Source: Phoronis australis
Lineage: Eukaryota; Animalia; Phoronida
Reading direction: 5' to 3'
DNA: 64,000 nt
Assembly: GCA_002633005.1 (NCBI GenBank)
Contig: NMRA01000394.1
Span: 288,930 to 352,929, forward strand
Notes under the pieces: model-generated
What the model saw: the letters and a program-made list of their open reading frames with translations, nothing else
What the model was told of the DNA's origin: nothing
The model's database searches: none
In this document: positions 62,146 through 64,000 of the stretch, one piece after another
Layout: each line of letters opens with the position of its first letter
How positions within the stretch are numbered: position 1 is the first letter of the stretch
Program-made: the position numbers and the translations under genes

Positions 62146-62971
62146 CTAAATGTCTTCATGATCTATTTCAAAATCGATAGATTGCTTGAGCAAGGTATGA
62201 ATTCTCCAAAAACTGGTTTCTGATGCTTTGTTCTGCTCTTCTGGTATGAAGGTATTCTGTGGGTGGGCGCACATGTTCAGAAACCTAAACAGTCTCTCTT
62301 TGATGAGTTTCGGTGGTGCTCTCAGCAGGCCCAGCCAACTGTTACTGTTATAAGGCAAGAATATCTGCTCACACACAACCTGCAAAAGTAGACCTCAAAT
62401 TAAAAATCCTTTAGAAGCACATGCTGATCAAAGTTTTGCTCCAATTGAATTATTAGTTCTTTGAAGAAACATGGGAGATAATTGGCTAGCAATTCATGAT
62501 TCAAGACAACACAGTGCAAGAAATGCTAAATATAATAGACTAGACTGACATCTGCATTGAGCCTCGATTTGGAATTGTTATCACTTGTCAAATAATGAGA
62601 TGAAACCAATGTTAAAGCAATGAGCTATATCTCTTTGGTTACAGTAATGATTTTGCCTGGTTTAGTAGAAGTGAACACATTTATTTTAGATTAAACCATG
62701 GTGTTATTAGTCTAAAAAGAAGGAAACGGGTATACTTAAGGGTTGGAAACTACATATTTGTACAGCATTAGTGAAATTCTTCAGTTATACCTTTTGCACA
62801 TTTATTTGAATGTAGGAATCAGTGCACTTATACCCCCAGAGACCCTGGAAAGCAGTACACATGACACCACATCTTAAGCTACAATACCATACAGCTGTAT
62901 GTGCCCACAGCTGATCTAAAGTTTGGAGTTGGTGTGGCTTGATGAACCATGATATTATGTAGTCATATAAC
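62146..62971 (-). CDS. Possible two 3' exons (62971-62791, 62379-62146) of an unidentified gene entering from the right
   Basis: Donor CAAAAG|gtataa at 62791 and acceptor ttttgcag| at 62379 join two open frames in phase 0: ...LYDYIISWFIKPHQLQTLDQLWAHTAVWYCSLRC...INVQK|VVCEQIFLPYNSNSWLGLLRAPPKLIKERLFRFLN...HEDI*. No family recognised; could be non-coding. Confidence 0.3.
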
Positions 62972-63360
62972 CTGGTCACACCACTTTTGAAACTGGTTTA
63001 AGGGTAATACCTTAACAAATACTTTACAATCGGTTTTAAAAGGTATCATGTACATAACCTCTGTGAGGGTGGTATAGCTTGAGGCGATAACCCTTGTAAC
63101 TTAGTGTGAACATGGCAATCAGTTGCAAAAGTTATAACTCAGGTAGTGCTACTGTCAAAGCTCATTGGAAACAATGGTGTACCAAGGCACTAACTGAGGT
63201 GAATCAGAAAATGATACTACTGACGACAAGTGACTAAAACAACTAGGGTAACAACTGTCTGTGCAAAAAAAACTTGCTTCCTACTTTCGAGGTTAAGTTG
63301 TGACAAATCCTAATAAATGTATCAACTTCAACATAAAAATCTCTGCACTTGCTATCCTAT

Positions 63361-63552
63361 TTTCTAAGTTTTGCTAAAATGTGTGCATACTTAATCTTTT
63401 CTAAGTTTTGCTAAAATGTGTGCATAACTTAATCTTTTCTAAGTTTTGCTAAAATGTGTGCATAACTTAATCTTTTCTAAGTTTTGCCAAAATGTGTGCA
63501 TAACTTAATCTTTTCTAAGTTTGGCTAAAATGTGTGCATAACTTAATCTTTC
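63361..63552. repeat. 39-bp minisatellite, about 5 copies
   Basis: Unit TTTCTAAGTTTTGCTAAAATGTGTGCATAACTTAATCTT, copies near-identical. Confidence 0.95.
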
Positions 63553-63754
63553 ATGGCTTCTCTGACACATTAATTTTAGATAAGAAGATTTTAATCAGCA
63601 AAGTACTTGTGATGTATCACCCACAGCCTGCTACTAACAGCTCTGTAATATCTCCATCAATCACTCAAGAAAGTAAAAGATGGCACATATAAAACGGCTT
63701 TCACGAAAAGAATTAGTTCCCAATATTTCCCAAGAGACACATACTGCATGGTGC

Positions 63755-64000
63755 TCTTAGACAGACAGGGCTGTTAGACTGACGAGGATGTCATACCGCT
63801 AAATAGACTGCATGGCGCTGTTGGACTGATGGGAATGTCATACTTAACAGACTGCATGGGGCTAGACTGACAAGGATGTCGTACTAAACAGACTGCATGG
63901 GGGTGTTAGGCAGACAGGGATGTCACAATTAATAGACTGCATATAGGGGTGTTACACTGCACTGGGCTGTTAGACTTACAGGGCTGATAGACTGACAGGG
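63755..64000. repeat. Degenerate ~42-47-bp minisatellite running off the window
   Basis: Recurring TGTTAGACTGAC.AGGATGTCATA...A.AGACTGCATGG units. Confidence 0.75.

Noticed and set aside
63361-63552. 39-bp repeats of CRISPR-like length
   Set aside because: The units are directly adjacent with no unique spacers, there are no cas genes, and the context is eukaryotic; this is a minisatellite.

Overview
Animal genomic DNA, AT-rich and intron-containing, probably from a bilaterian invertebrate (inference); there are no prokaryotic features. Spliced genes rebuilt by hand from GT-AG sites: the last two exons of a CFAP90/C5orf49-like gene (+), two intact tandem COX4 paralogues (-; 182 aa each, identical exon sizes, about 69% identical), SYS1 (+, head-to-head with the upstream COX4), TMEM42 (+) and a BTB-BACK-Kelch gene of the KLHL9/13/26 type (+). 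There may also be two 3' exons of an unidentified gene (-) near the right edge. Between the two COX4 copies is an internally deleted Kolobok-type DNA transposon with a TTAA TSD and 158-bp TIRs. It carries convergent remnants of a THAP-domain transposase and a KolX / P2X7-ballast-like Cys-rich gene. Introns of three genes hold a Helentron-type non-autonomous element (HINE/DINE-like) whose ~145-160-bp satellite monomers each carry a near-consensus CTCF motif, with further MITEs and a second HINE nested inside. Two apparent tandem duplications flank single N bases and are most likely assembly or haplotype artefacts. All family assignments come from recalled motifs, not database searches.
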